Of a stretch of DNA of 64,000 nucleotides, positions 10,194-20,205 are shown piece after piece. The notes under the pieces are model-generated. The model saw nothing but the letters and a program-made list of their open reading frames with translations. It searched no databases and was not told the DNA's origin. This stretch comes from Candidatus Woesearchaeota archaeon. Lineage in GTDB: Archaea; Nanobdellota; Nanobdellia; Woesearchaeales; DSVV01. The first letter of the stretch is position 1, and every line of letters begins with the position of its first letter. The position numbers and the translations under genes are program-made. The stretch spans positions 65,110 through 129,109 of the forward strand of contig JACPTB010000001.1 of the NCBI GenBank assembly GCA_016192995.1, written 5' to 3'.

Positions 10194-10583
10194 GTGGGAT
10201 TAACTGAACCGGAAAATATGGATGATTTATTGTATTTCACGAATAGAGGAATTAAAGAAGGCAAAGTAAAAGCATGGGTTTATAAAAAGCTCTGCCCTCA
10301 ATGCAAAAAAGAAAAAATGGGAAAACCTGTTGGTGATGAAGGTAATATTAAAATCAGAGCAAAAGAATATCAATGTCCTGGTTGCAAATATACTGAAGAA
10401 AAGAAAGAACATGAAGAATCATTAAATTTAGAGGCAAAGTATACTTGTCCTGATTGCATGAAACAAGGCGAGGGCGCAACATTATACAAGAGGAAGAAAT
10501 TTCAAGGTGCAGATGCCTATGTTGTTGAATGCCAGCATTGCAAAGCTAAAATTCCAATAACTAAAAAATTAAAGGGTGTTTAA
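10194..10583 (+). CDS. Zinc-ribbon protein with four CxxC motifs
   Basis: CPQC, CPGC, CPDC, CQHC; ggtga SD-like motif upstream of GTG. Confidence 0.8.
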   Translation: MGLTEPENMDDLLYFTNRGIKEGKVKAWVYKKLCPQCKKEKMGKPVGDEGNIKIRAKEYQCPGCKYTEEKKEHEESLNLEAKYTCPDCMKQGEGATLYKRKKFQGADAYVVECQHCKAKIPITKKLKGV

Positions 10584-10586
10584 GAA

Positions 10587-10629
10587 GTACGTGGAAAGCT
10601 TAGAGCACTCCTCTAAGCTTTCCACGTAC
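10587..10629. repeat. Perfect 19-bp inverted repeat with GTACGT ends
   Basis: gtacgtggaaagcttagag-cactc-ctctaagctttccacgtac. Confidence 0.9.
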
Positions 10630-10673
10630 CATAGCTAACAATCTTTATATATACTACCCATAATACTGGTTCT

Positions 10674-11967
10674 ATGAATCCATTGCAAACAATTTCTCCA
10701 TTAGGCGGAAGATATTATGATAAAACTGAATTGTTAGTTCCTTTCTTTAGCGAACAGGCATTCTTTAAGTATAGAATTCTTGTTGAAACTGCCTACTTAG
10801 TAGCTCTATCTGAAGTAGAAGGATTTTGCTTGAGAAAATTTACTGATGAAGAAAAAGATTTTTTGAACAATCTTTCGAAACTTTCGCTGGAAGATACTGA
10901 AATTATTAAAGAGATTGAAACAAAAGGATATCAAGACATCCCTCCAACAAATCACGATGTTAAAGCAATTGAATATTTTATTAAACTGAGATTAGAAGCA
11001 ACGTCACTTCATGACTGCAAAGCATTTGTTCATTTTGAAAGTAGATCAGCTTATTCTGCTCATTAATTCTTTCGCAAAAAATTACCAGGATGTTCCTATG
11101 CTTGCAAGAACCCATGGACAACCTGCATCCCCAACAACAGTCGGCAAAGAGTTTCTTGTATTTAATAGCCGGCTTAAAAGGCAATTAGAATACTTAAAAT
11201 CCCATAAAATAACAGGAAAATTAAATGGCGCTACTGGCAATTATAATGCGCAGGTTGCTGCATTTCCATCTATTGATTGGATTAAATTTTCAGAGCAGTT
11301 TATTTCTTCATTAGGAATTGAACCAAATCTAATTACAACACAAGTTGAGCCGAAAGATAGTTATGCTGAAGTATTTGATTGTTTACGAAGGATAAATGTT
11401 ATTCTCCTTGATTTTTCACAAGATATGTGGCGTTATATCAGTGACAACTGGTTTATTCAAAAACCAGTAGCTGGAGAGATTGGGAGTTCAACGATGCCGC
11501 ATAAAATAAATCCTATTGATTTTGAAAATGCAGAAGGCAATCTAGGATTAGCAAATGCATTGTTTGATTTTTTTTCTCGAAAATTACCCATTTCAAGATT
11601 GCAGCGCGACTTGTCAGATTCCACTGTTTTGAGGAATATAGGGGTTGCTTTTGGCCACTGCTTAGTTGCTTATGAAGCACTGTTTAAAGGGGTATCAAAA
11701 ATCGAAGTGAATAAAGAAGAATTAGTAAAAGCGTTGCAAGATCATCCTGAAATAATTACTGAGGGAATACAAACGATATTACGAAGAGAAGGCTTAACTA
11801 CAGCTTACGAACAATTAAAGGAGTTAACAAGAGGGAAAAAAGTGACTTTACAAGAAATTTATTCTTTTGTTGAACAATTAGATTGTTCATTGCGGGTAAA
11901 AGAAGATCTAAAGAAAATAAATCCAGCAAATTATGTTGGGATAAGCTTCCGGCTCTGTCCCGAATGA
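10674..11967 (+). pseudogene. purB: Adenylosuccinate lyase, split by an internal deletion plus frameshift
   Basis: ORF 1 has ISPLGGRY, TNHDVKAIEY, FVHF; ORF 2 has RTHGQPASPTT, GSSTMPHKINPIDFEN; the segment with the TSED motif that normally follows FVHF is missing near 11036. Confidence 0.85.
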
Positions 11968-12113
11968 AGTTTTTGGTGCCATGCTGGTGATTATCCTTCC
12001 AATTAGTACGTGGGAAAAAAGGAAGTTCCAGTAGGAATTTTTTCCTTCTTATCAATAAGTGGGATAATCACGGCACCAAAACCGAGGCGTTAGCCGAGAT
12101 TCGGGACAGAGCC
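11951..12113 (+). mobile_element. Palindromic MITE-like element, subtype C copy 2
   Basis: IR ggctctgtcccgaat/attcgggacagagcc; TSD taagcttcc/taaacttcc (9 bp, 1 mismatch); supplies the purB stop. Confidence 0.9.
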
Positions 12114-12157
12114 TAAACTTCCAATAACTATAAAAAGCCATCAACCATAAATCTACT

Positions 12158-13282
12158 ATGAAATCCTATTATTTCGACTATGCTGCCGCCACCCCTATTT
12201 GTAAAGAAGCATTAGAAGAATATAATTATATCAGTGAGAAATTCTTTGCTAACCCATCCAGCAGCCATTATCTTGGAAATCTCGCAAAACAAAAATTGGA
12301 AGAATACCGAATGCGAGCTGCAAAGATATTACATTGTTTGCCTGAAGAGATTATTTTTACATCAGGAGGAACAGAAAGTAACTTTATTGCAATTTCTGGT
12401 GTTATTAATAATAATTATGATAATCAGAGTGAAATTATTACTTCTCATCTTGAACATCCTTCAATTATAGAAGTTTGTAAACAGAAAACTAAACAGGTAA
12501 AGTATGCCACTGTTGACAAAACAGGTATTGTTTCATGTATTGATTTGAAAAAGAAAATTACGCGCAAAACAAAACTTATCACTATTCATTATGCTAATAA
12601 CGAGCTTGGCTGCATTCAACCATTGTCTAACATTAAAAAAATAAGCAATAATATTATTTTTCACAGTGACGCGTGCCAAGGTGCATTGCTTGAACTCAAT
12701 GTTAAAAAATTAGGTGTTGATTTATTAACCTTAAATTCTGCAAAATGTTATGGGCCTCGAGGAGTTGGTTTATTGTATAAGAAAGAGAGCATTTCTCTTT
12801 CACCGGTTATAGTCGGAGGAGGGCAGGAGTTTGGCTTGCGCTCTGGCACACATAATTTAGCGGGCATTGGAAGCTTTGTTGTTGCGTTAGAAGTAGTGCA
12901 AAAACAAAGGAAAAAAATATTGGAAAAATTAACTTTATTAAGAAATTATTTTATAATAAAAATAAAACAGAGTATTGCAAATCTCCTGATTAATCAAACT
13001 AAACAATCGAAAAATCAGTTGCCAAGTATTATTAATATCGGTTTTAAAAGTATTGTTGCTGAAGAATTAATTAATTACTTATCTTCTCAGGGAATTGCTA
13101 TTTCAAAAGGAAGCGCTTGCAGTGCAGGGATTATAACCTTAAGTCACGTGTTACAAGCTATTAATGCTAATCCTGATTATGGATATATCAGGATCTCTTT
13201 TGGCAAAGATACGACACAACAAGAAGTGGATTATCTAATTAAATCCTTGATTTTCATCGTAAATAGTTTAAGGAACTGTTGA
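12158..13282 (+). CDS. iscS: Cysteine desulfurase (IscS/NifS group I)
   Basis: YFDYAAATP, FTSGGTESN, HSDACQ, LRSGT, SKGSACS. Confidence 0.92.
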   Translation: MKSYYFDYAAATPICKEALEEYNYISEKFFANPSSSHYLGNLAKQKLEEYRMRAAKILHCLPEEIIFTSGGTESNFIAISGVINNNYDNQSEIITSHLEHPSIIEVCKQKTKQVKYATVDKTGIVSCIDLKKKITRKTKLITIHYANNELGCIQPLSNIKKISNNIIFHSDACQGALLELNVKKLGVDLLTLNSAKCYGPRGVGLLYKKESISLSPVIVGGGQEFGLRSGTHNLAGIGSFVVALEVVQKQRKKILEKLTLLRNYFIIKIKQSIANLLINQTKQSKNQLPSIINIGFKSIVAEELINYLSSQGIAISKGSACSAGIITLSHVLQAINANPDYGYIRISFGKDTTQQEVDYLIKSLIFIVNSLRNC

Positions 13283-13340
13283 ATAGTGATTGTTTAAGTA
13301 AGTACATAAAATTTATAATAAAAACTTCTTTACAAAGAAT

Positions 13341-14105
13341 ATGTACCGATTAGATGGACATAGAGCATATTTATCAGTAGGAGGGGAATGTGCATATCGC
13401 TGTACCTATTGTTATACACTAGTTCCTAGTTATAATCACCAACGAGCAATAGGTATAACTGATTTAGGTTTAGATCTAAATGAATTAGTTCTTGAACACA
13501 GAGTTGAAGTAGTTAAAGTAGGTTGTGACACTGAAGTTTTTGTCAACCCTGCATTTGGTCTTGAAGTGATAAGAAAAATAGCTAAATGGGGAACACATAT
13601 ATCATTTGCTACAAAACAAAATTTATTAGAAGGAACTGTTGAAGAATTAGCTGAAATTTGTGCTGAAATGGAAAGTAGAAAAAAACCTAAAAAACTTATT
13701 GCATTTGTATCTTTGCTTGGTCGTGAAATAGCAGATTCTTTTGAAAGGGGAGTTCCGACTTACCAAGACAGAGTTGAAACAGTGAAACGATTGTATGCAG
13801 TGGGTATTCCTACGTTTGTTTATATGAAACCTCTGATGCCAACAATACCTACTAAAGCAATAGATAATGTAATAGAAGAAACAACAGGTAATTGTTCTGG
13901 TTATGTTGTTGGTTCAGGTGTGTTTTCAAAATCACAACTTAAGATAACACAAGCAACTGATGCAACTCCAATTGCTATTCCTAAATGGTTTTCAAGTGGA
14001 ACTCAAGGACAATTCTTTAGTGTTATTGATGAACGCATACAATCTTATTTGAGAAGAGCTGGTTTCTTTTCATGTTCAGATCATGCAATAAATTATGTAC
14101 TTTGA
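13341..14105 (+). CDS. Radical SAM protein
   Basis: CAYRCTYCY CxxxCxxC motif; FERGVPTYQDR resembles the SPL-like subgroup. Confidence 0.8.
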   Translation: MYRLDGHRAYLSVGGECAYRCTYCYTLVPSYNHQRAIGITDLGLDLNELVLEHRVEVVKVGCDTEVFVNPAFGLEVIRKIAKWGTHISFATKQNLLEGTVEELAEICAEMESRKKPKKLIAFVSLLGREIADSFERGVPTYQDRVETVKRLYAVGIPTFVYMKPLMPTIPTKAIDNVIEETTGNCSGYVVGSGVFSKSQLKITQATDATPIAIPKWFSSGTQGQFFSVIDERIQSYLRRAGFFSCSDHAINYVL

Positions 14106-14115
14106 CCGTCTCAAC

Positions 14116-14323
14116 GGCTCTGGTGAAAATCTCGGCATAGCCTCGGTTTTATTAAAAATCACTATTTTTAATCCCTGAGATCCTTCGGATTCAGGTGACA
14201 TCAGTTCGGCTTTTTATTGGTTCATGTTATTGGATTTTTCTCTCTGGCACTCCGAAAAATCCTCACTTATGAAATTAAAGAGCCTCACCAAAAGATGCCA
14301 AAAACTACATTTTCACCAGAGCC
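14116..14323 (-). mobile_element. Palindromic MITE-like element, subtype D copy 1 (with 46-nt module)
   Basis: IR ggctctggtgaaaat/attttcaccagagcc; perfect 9-bp TSD cgtctcaac. Confidence 0.9.
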
Positions 14324-14402
14324 CGTCTCAACATAAAAATTAAGAAGGTAAATAAGAATCAGCAAGAGCTTTAAATCCTTAAAATAAAAGAATAAATGAT
14401 TG

Positions 14403-14440
14403 AAATGATTGAAAAGCCTCTGGCGGGAATTGAAGCCGCG
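14403..14440 (-). repeat. Direct repeat of the tRNA-Thr 3' end and trailer (att-like)
   Basis: aaatgattgaaaagcctctggcgggaattgaa(g/c)ccgcg matches 14522-14559 with one mismatch. Confidence 0.85.
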
Positions 14441-14533
14441 CAGCCTTTTAAAAAAAGCCTGGGGAAAACAAAGCAAGTACGACATTTACTTTGTAAAGTC
14501 GTACGAATGAAGAACAAGAATAAATGATTGAAA

Positions 14534-14605
14534 AGCCTCTGGCGGGAATTGAACCCGCGACCTCTACCTTACCAAGGTAACGCTCTACCACTGAGCCACA
14601 GAGGC
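14534..14605 (-). tRNA. tRNA-Thr(GGT)
   Basis: Minus strand gcctctgtggctcagtggtagagcgttaccttGGTaaggtagaggtcgcgggttcaattcccgccagaggct folds as a cloverleaf. Confidence 0.95.
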
Positions 14606-14649
14606 AAATGATAAGATAAATTAATCATTCATTTTTAAATGTTCTTAAT

Positions 14650-15327
14650 CTATTTCATTGCAATCGTGCTTGGCGCTCTTCTCCCAACTGAAGGGCCTTC
14701 TTTAACAGTAAATCCTGCGTTTTTAAGATTATCACGTACCATTCTGGCACAACTATACGTCGTAAGAATACCGCCTTTCTTAAGCAGCTTAAAAATATCT
14801 TTAAATAATTCTTCATTCCATAATTCTGGACATTTTTTTGGTGAAAACGGATCAAAAAAACAGATATCAAATGTTTCAAATTCAGAGATGGCTTTAATCT
14901 TATCCCGTACATCACCCAACATTACTTTAACACAAACATTTTCTCGCTTGATCTCATAATATTGGTGTTTATTGTTTTCAATTTTATTTTTAATAACTTG
15001 TTTAATCAGGTTATAGTGTTTGAAAGAAGGATTAATCTCAAGAATTTTACTTAAAATATCTTCATCAATTTCAAAGCCAACCACTGCAACATTACAAGAA
15101 GGATTTTCCAACAAAATAATATCCAGTGCAGCAGCAGAATTATATCCTAAGCCAAAGCAAATATCCAATATCTTAATTGAACCTTTTTTTGCAAGTTCTT
15201 TTACTTGAGTTGGTTCGGCAAATTTCTTCAACGCCTCTTCAACAGCGCCAGAAGTGCTATGGTAGGTTTCTTGGCTCTGCTCGTTAAAAAACGTTACACT
15301 TCCATCATTAGTTAGCACTTGTTTCAT
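14650..15327 (-). CDS. MnmC/MnmD-like SAM-dependent tRNA methyltransferase
   Basis: TNDGSVT, YHSTSGA, LDICFGLGYN, DPFSPKKCPELW, TTYS. Confidence 0.88.
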   Translation of the reverse strand: MKQVLTNDGSVTFFNEQSQETYHSTSGAVEEALKKFAEPTQVKELAKKGSIKILDICFGLGYNSAAALDIILLENPSCNVAVVGFEIDEDILSKILEINPSFKHYNLIKQVIKNKIENNKHQYYEIKRENVCVKVMLGDVRDKIKAISEFETFDICFFDPFSPKKCPELWNEELFKDIFKLLKKGGILTTYSCARMVRDNLKNAGFTVKEGPSVGRRAPSTIAMK

Positions 15328-15340
15328 AACAAAACCTTTT

Positions 15341-15907
15341 TCAAAATCCTTTTCTATTTTTAAGAAATGCAACAAAGTTTTCAGCTAAAACTAGTTCTCC
15401 ATGTTCGATAACATATCTAAAGGGCAGAATAACCTCTTCCCCATCATCCATCGGAATAACCAGTTCATCAATAAAATTGAACTCTTCAAATTTCATTCCT
15501 GATAATATTTTCCAGCTAACATAAACTGCAGTGTTTGTTGACATTTGAACATTGCCAATATTTCTTTTTTCACAGATAAGGTGTTCGCTGAGTTTAGTTT
15601 TTGTTCTTTTGTCAGCAGGGTAATTTCCTAGAATGCCACCAAAAATAAAATAATCAAATTTATTTTTATCATCAGGAGATAATGTTTTCTCAGCTAAAGG
15701 ATCAAGAATGCAGACTTTTTTAAGATTTAAAGCAATGACTGATTTGTTCTCAACAGAACCTAATGGTTTCAATTTTTCAGCTGCTGAACTTCCTTTAATA
15801 TTAGTAAACATAATATTTTCTTTGCCAACAGTTTTACTGCAATGCGTGTATTCCAATAATGACCAATTATACAATCGTCCGTCTAAGTGTTCAATAATGA
15901 ATTTCAT
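15341..15907 (-). CDS. SFM1-like SPOUT methyltransferase
   Basis: IIEHL..WSLLEY, ILDP, FGGILG, QMSTNTAV, LPFRY. Confidence 0.85.
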   Translation of the reverse strand: MKFIIEHLDGRLYNWSLLEYTHCSKTVGKENIMFTNIKGSSAAEKLKPLGSVENKSVIALNLKKVCILDPLAEKTLSPDDKNKFDYFIFGGILGNYPADKRTKTKLSEHLICEKRNIGNVQMSTNTAVYVSWKILSGMKFEEFNFIDELVIPMDDGEEVILPFRYVIEHGELVLAENFVAFLKNRKGF

Positions 15908-15950
15908 AAAATTAAAAAATGATGAGGGATTTATAAATTATGTTCATTAT

Positions 15951-16112
15951 GGCTCTGGTGAAAATATAGTTTTTGGCATCTTCTCGTGAGGCTCTTCAAA
16001 GTAATGTGTGGGAATTTTTCGGAGTGCCAGAGAGAAAAATCCAATAAAATAAATCCATTAAAAGCCGAACTGATGCCAAAACCGAGGCTATGCCGAGATT
16101 TTCATCAGAGCC
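15951..16112 (+). mobile_element. Palindromic MITE-like element, subtype D copy 2
   Basis: IR ggctctggtgaaaat/attttcatcagagcc; perfect 9-bp TSD gttcattat. Confidence 0.9.
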
Positions 16113-16614
16113 GTTCATTATAGGTTGGGACAAGAAGTAAAGTATCACGTAATATTCTTATAGGATCAACTAAACTTCCCGGGGAAAATTCTGAAGCAAA
16201 AGAAGGATTTTGATCTACCACAGTAAATCTATTATTATTCATTGGTAATATAACCTGCTGCAGAAAATCACCATGTTTATAATCATAAGATATTGATAAT
16301 TGAGGTACTTTATTAGATACTACTATTTGCACTAATTTTCTGTATTCCATATTTTCTGGTCCAAAAGCAACAAAGCAAGTGTAACTGCCATCATCATTTA
16401 GCTGAATTTTTCTTGAATTGCAAGCAGCGGTCTTTTTAATATAATGATACAATCGTTGGGCATAAAAATTAATTTGCTCCTCTCTTGACATAAATTCATA
16501 GGGAGACGGATCAGGGTCAATGATAAAATCAATGCAGCCTGGCTGAAACAATAATCCGAAACCTAAAGCAGCTTGTACCGTCAATTTTCTTATAATGGAG
16601 GTTAATTCCATCAC
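16105..16614 (-). CDS. Hypothetical lipoprotein-like protein
   Basis: 169-aa ORF, hydrophobic stretch ending in PGC; stop codon lies inside element D2. Confidence 0.6.
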   Translation of the reverse strand: MMELTSIIRKLTVQAALGFGLLFQPGCIDFIIDPDPSPYEFMSREEQINFYAQRLYHYIKKTAACNSRKIQLNDDGSYTCFVAFGPENMEYRKLVQIVVSNKVPQLSISYDYKHGDFLQQVILPMNNNRFTVVDQNPSFASEFSPGSLVDPIRILRDTLLLVPTYNERL

Positions 16615-16671
16615 TTAAAGAAAAAAAGGCCGATTTAAATAAATGATCAAAATTTAATCATTTAATCACAT

Positions 16672-16839
16672 TTAATCATAATCAGTCATATATTCTTCTA
16701 ACTCATATTTGTTAAAATGAGTTCTATTCATTATTTCTCTGAGGCTTTTTTCTTTATCCTTATCAACGCTTTTCTTTGCCTGTATCTGATGTACTTCTTC
16801 TACTTCTTCAAACATTTCTTCATGCATCTTAGTCACCAT
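16672..16839 (-). CDS. Small charged hypothetical protein (55 aa, below ORF track cutoff)
   Basis: MVTKMHEEMFEEVEEVHQIQAKK...EEYMTDYD; TATA-like tract upstream. Confidence 0.4.
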   Translation of the reverse strand: MVTKMHEEMFEEVEEVHQIQAKKSVDKDKEKSLREIMNRTHFNKYELEEYMTDYD

Positions 16840-16928
16840 ATAGTAGTTTTTATAGATTTTAGTAGTTAATAGGTTATTTATATAGTTTACTACTACAAAG
16901 TACTCTATATATTAAGCGAAATATTTAT

Positions 16929-16956
16929 ATACACGTACGTGTACACGTACGTGTAT
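16929..16956. promoter_or_regulatory. 28-bp perfect palindrome, likely operator of the vapBC pair
   Basis: atacacgtacgtgtacacgtacgtgtat lies between TATA box tttatata and the antitoxin ATG. Confidence 0.75.
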
Positions 16957-17206
16957 GGCAACAAAAACATTGACTATAACGGAAGATGCGTATAATCTTT
17001 TGAAGACACAAAAGTTAGCAGATGAAAGTTTCTCTGAAGAGATAAGTAGATTATTGTCTGAAAAGAAAAAAGGCTCTATTTGGAATTATTATGGGATATT
17101 ATCAGAAGAGGATGGACAAGCTATAATGGACCATTATTTGGAACGAAAAAAGGGAAATATTATTGAAGCAAAAAAGAGGTTGCAACGTATACATGGCATT
17201 ACTTGA
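16955..17206 (+). CDS. vapB: VapB-type antitoxin
   Basis: MATKTLTITEDAYNLLK...ESFSEEISRL pattern; overlaps the PIN gene. Confidence 0.85.
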   Translation: MATKTLTITEDAYNLLKTQKLADESFSEEISRLLSEKKKGSIWNYYGILSEEDGQAIMDHYLERKKGNIIEAKKRLQRIHGIT

Positions 17207-17579
17207 TACAACATATTTGATCGACCTCTTAAGAGGGAAAAAGGAAACTGAAAATATAAAAGGAAAATATCCAGAATTGTTTACGACACAGATTAATATG
17301 TATGAAGTTATATCAGGACTATTTTTGAAAAATGTTACTTCACGTGATTTACCAAGAGCATTAGAATTTTTTAACCAAATCAATGTGCTTCCCTTAAATG
17401 ATAATGCTCTGATTAAATCAGCAGAAATTTATGCTTATTTAGTTAAAAAAGGGGAGCCCATAGATGATTGTGATTGCCTTATAGGAGGCATTGCACTAGC
17501 ACATGGAGTTACTACTGTTGTAACTAAGAATGTGAAACACTTTGAACGTATAAATGGATTAAAAATAGAAACATATTAA
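17193..17579 (+). CDS. vapC: VapC PIN-domain toxin
   Basis: LLDTTYLID, DCLIGGIAL, VTKNVKHFERI. Confidence 0.92.
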   Translation: MALLDTTYLIDLLRGKKETENIKGKYPELFTTQINMYEVISGLFLKNVTSRDLPRALEFFNQINVLPLNDNALIKSAEIYAYLVKKGEPIDDCDCLIGGIALAHGVTTVVTKNVKHFERINGLKIETY

Positions 17580-17603
17580 ATACCTCGCTGGTTCTATCCT
17601 AAT

Positions 17604-18335
17604 ATGGTACTAAAAGAGGTCTTAGAATATGAAATAGCTGAAGGAATTATTCTGTTCGTTTTCCCTCACCAGCAGCTTATGACTAAAACCTTCATGCGTT
17701 TTCAAGAGCATTATGAATCGCCAAGATTCAGGGGCAAATTCTTTTCACGTGACGAATTTGAAGTATGGTATAATGGCCAAAAAGGCGCAAATACTGATGG
17801 AAGCTGTAAATACTACGATGACTGGAACGGATTTAATGTTCCTTCGCTTTTTTTCGATCCTTTTTACCAGGGAAAATTTGATCCTCTTGATGCCTATGAA
17901 AAAGCTTTGCTTGATCGATTAAAAAAGCGAAAACATCCTTTCTATGTTATTGGCATTCACGCACATTCAGAAAAACCAGCTTTACAGCATGAAATTGCTC
18001 ATGGATTATTTTATGCAAATCCTGCTTACAAAAAAGAAGTGCTTTATGCTCTTAAAGGAATTGACGTGTCTACAATATTAAAATATCTTGAAGAATCCGA
18101 CGGTTATCATCCAGATGTCTGGCAGGATGAAGTACATGCCCATATACTTTCAAGCAGAACAAAGTTAAAAGAGAAAGAAGTTGACTTTCAACCGTATGAA
18201 GAAATGCTGGTGAAATTAGATGTTATTTTTGAGAAATATTTCAAACCAAAGAACATTGCTCAATTTAAGTCTTTAATCCAGCGCTATGATAATACTGAGC
18301 ATGAATTACAGGATGATTTTAATTTTCTTTTTTAA
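17604..18335 (+). CDS. Hypothetical protein with HExxH motif
   Basis: RFQEHYESP, WNGFN, HEIAHG, DEVHA. Confidence 0.7.
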   Translation: MVLKEVLEYEIAEGIILFVFPHQQLMTKTFMRFQEHYESPRFRGKFFSRDEFEVWYNGQKGANTDGSCKYYDDWNGFNVPSLFFDPFYQGKFDPLDAYEKALLDRLKKRKHPFYVIGIHAHSEKPALQHEIAHGLFYANPAYKKEVLYALKGIDVSTILKYLEESDGYHPDVWQDEVHAHILSSRTKLKEKEVDFQPYEEMLVKLDVIFEKYFKPKNIAQFKSLIQRYDNTEHELQDDFNFLF

Positions 18336-18344
18336 CAAAAAACA

Positions 18345-18588
18345 GTACGTAATAAGTCTTCTTTAGGTTTTAGCACCAGTTCAGCTTGAAATGTGATTAA
18401 ACATTGGATTTTTCTCTCTATAAATATAATCCCGACTCCCTCAATAATATAAATCAAGGATTCATAAGTTGGCTTGCGTCTGGGATTATAAGACTTGCCT
18501 ATCGGCAAGGAACCCCGAAAAATCCCCAATAAATATATAAGAAAAGCTTCACAAAAATAGGTGCTAAAACCCCAGACTTATTACGTAC
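18345..18588 (-). mobile_element. Palindromic MITE-like element, subtype A copy 2 (with 89-nt module)
   Basis: IR gtacgtaataagtc/gacttattacgtac; perfect 8-bp TSD aaaaaaca. Confidence 0.9.
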
Positions 18589-18677
18589 AAAAAACAACAA
18601 CCTTTATAAATAACCGCCAAATCTAACGTATTATTCGCCCGATAACTATTAACTAATAGAAGGGTGGAGGTTTAAGG

Positions 18678-19325
18678 ATGGATATAAAACAAGTGCAGGA
18701 TGCACTGAAGAAAGCACGCGAACAAGGAAAGAAAAGAAATTTTTCTCAAACAGTTGACTTAATAATTACCTTGCAAAATCTTGATCTTAAAAAACCAGAA
18801 CAACAAGTAGATACGTATATCACCCTGCATTATCCAAGAGGCAAGCCTGTAAAAGTATGCGCGTTAGTTGGTCCTGAATTGAAAGATGAAGCTGAAAAGA
18901 TTTGTGATAAAACACTTCATGTTGATGAGTTTAACAGTATTGACCAAAAAAAGGCTAAAAAGCTTACAGAAGATTATGATTTCTTTATTGCCCAAGCTAA
19001 TATGATGGGAAAAGTAGCAACAACTTTTGGTAAAATACTTGGTCCGCGAGGAAAAATGCCAAACCCAAAAGCTGGATGTGTCGTGCCTCCTAAAGCAGGA
19101 CTTAAACCATTATATGATAAACTCCAAAAAACACTTCGCCTAACGGCAAAAACAGCTTTAATGATACAATGTTTTGTCGGGAATGAAGCAATGAAGGATG
19201 AAGAAATTGTTGATAATATTATGACTGCATATAAAAGTTTGATTAATGTTTTACCAGCGCATGAGAATAACATTAAAACTATATATCTTAAATTAACCAT
19301 GGGCAAACCAGTGAAGGTACTATAA
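18678..19325 (+). CDS. rpl1: Ribosomal protein uL1
   Basis: KRNFSQTVDL, GKILGPRGKMP, KLTMG. Confidence 0.97.
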   Translation: MDIKQVQDALKKAREQGKKRNFSQTVDLIITLQNLDLKKPEQQVDTYITLHYPRGKPVKVCALVGPELKDEAEKICDKTLHVDEFNSIDQKKAKKLTEDYDFFIAQANMMGKVATTFGKILGPRGKMPNPKAGCVVPPKAGLKPLYDKLQKTLRLTAKTALMIQCFVGNEAMKDEEIVDNIMTAYKSLINVLPAHENNIKTIYLKLTMGKPVKVL

Positions 19326-20186
19326 ATGGCAACTAAACACGTAGCTCCAGAAAAGCTTGATCAAGTGAAAAAATTTGTTGAATTAATGATTAAGTATCCT
19401 ATTATTGGAGCAGTTGACATGGAAAATCTTCCAACCAAGCAGCTTCAGAATATGCGAGCTTCATTACGAGGCAACGTTGAATTGCTCGTAGGGAAGAGAA
19501 GATTAATGAAATTAGCAATTGCAAAGGCAAAGGATAAAAGAAAAGACATTGAACAATTAATTCCTCACTTAAAAGGTATGCCAGGATTGCTTTTCACCAA
19601 TGAAAATCCATTTATTTTATATAACAAATTAAAAAAGTCAAAATCATCAGCTCCAGCTAAAGGTGGACAAACTGCTCCAAAAGATATTATGATTAAAGCA
19701 GGTGTAACTCCTTTTGCACCGGGACCAGTTATTGGCGAGCTTGGCGCTATTGGTTTGAAAGTAGGTGTTGAAGGAGGCAAAGTTGCCGTTAAAGAAGACA
19801 AAGTAGTTGTTAAAGAAGGTGAAGTAATTAAAGCTAATGTTGCCTCAATCTTAACAAGATTAGGAATCGAGCCAATGGAAATCGGGTTAAATGTCGTTGC
19901 TGTTTATCAAGAAGGCACTATTTTCCAAAAGTCAGTGCTTGATGTTGATGAAACTGCCTATATTAACAATATCACTCAAGCTGCTCAATGGGCATTTAAT
20001 TTAGCAGTTGAAGCAGCATATCCTACTCAGGAAACCACTATCTATTTGATTCAGAAAGCGTTTAAAGAAAGCAAAGCGCTTGCTCTTAGTCAAAATATTT
20101 TGGGAAAAGAGGTTGTGGGTGAGATTTTAGCTAAAGCTCATCAAGAGATGCAATCTGTTAAGTCAGTTGCAAATATTCAAGATTAA
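19326..20186 (+). CDS. rpl10: Ribosomal protein uL10 (P0)
   Basis: [26 protein letters not shown]; follows uL1. Confidence 0.96.
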   Translation: MATKHVAPEKLDQVKKFVELMIKYPIIGAVDMENLPTKQLQNMRASLRGNVELLVGKRRLMKLAIAKAKDKRKDIEQLIPHLKGMPGLLFTNENPFILYNKLKKSKSSAPAKGGQTAPKDIMIKAGVTPFAPGPVIGELGAIGLKVGVEGGKVAVKEDKVVVKEGEVIKANVASILTRLGIEPMEIGLNVVAVYQEGTIFQKSVLDVDETAYINNITQAAQWAFNLAVEAAYPTQETTIYLIQKAFKESKALALSQNILGKEVVGEILAKAHQEMQSVKSVANIQD

Positions 20187-20205
20187 ATATACGGAGGAAT
20201 TTACC

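Noticed and set aside
11030-11045. Programmed frameshift in purB
   Set aside because: Conserved residues are missing altogether, so a frameshift could not restore the enzyme.
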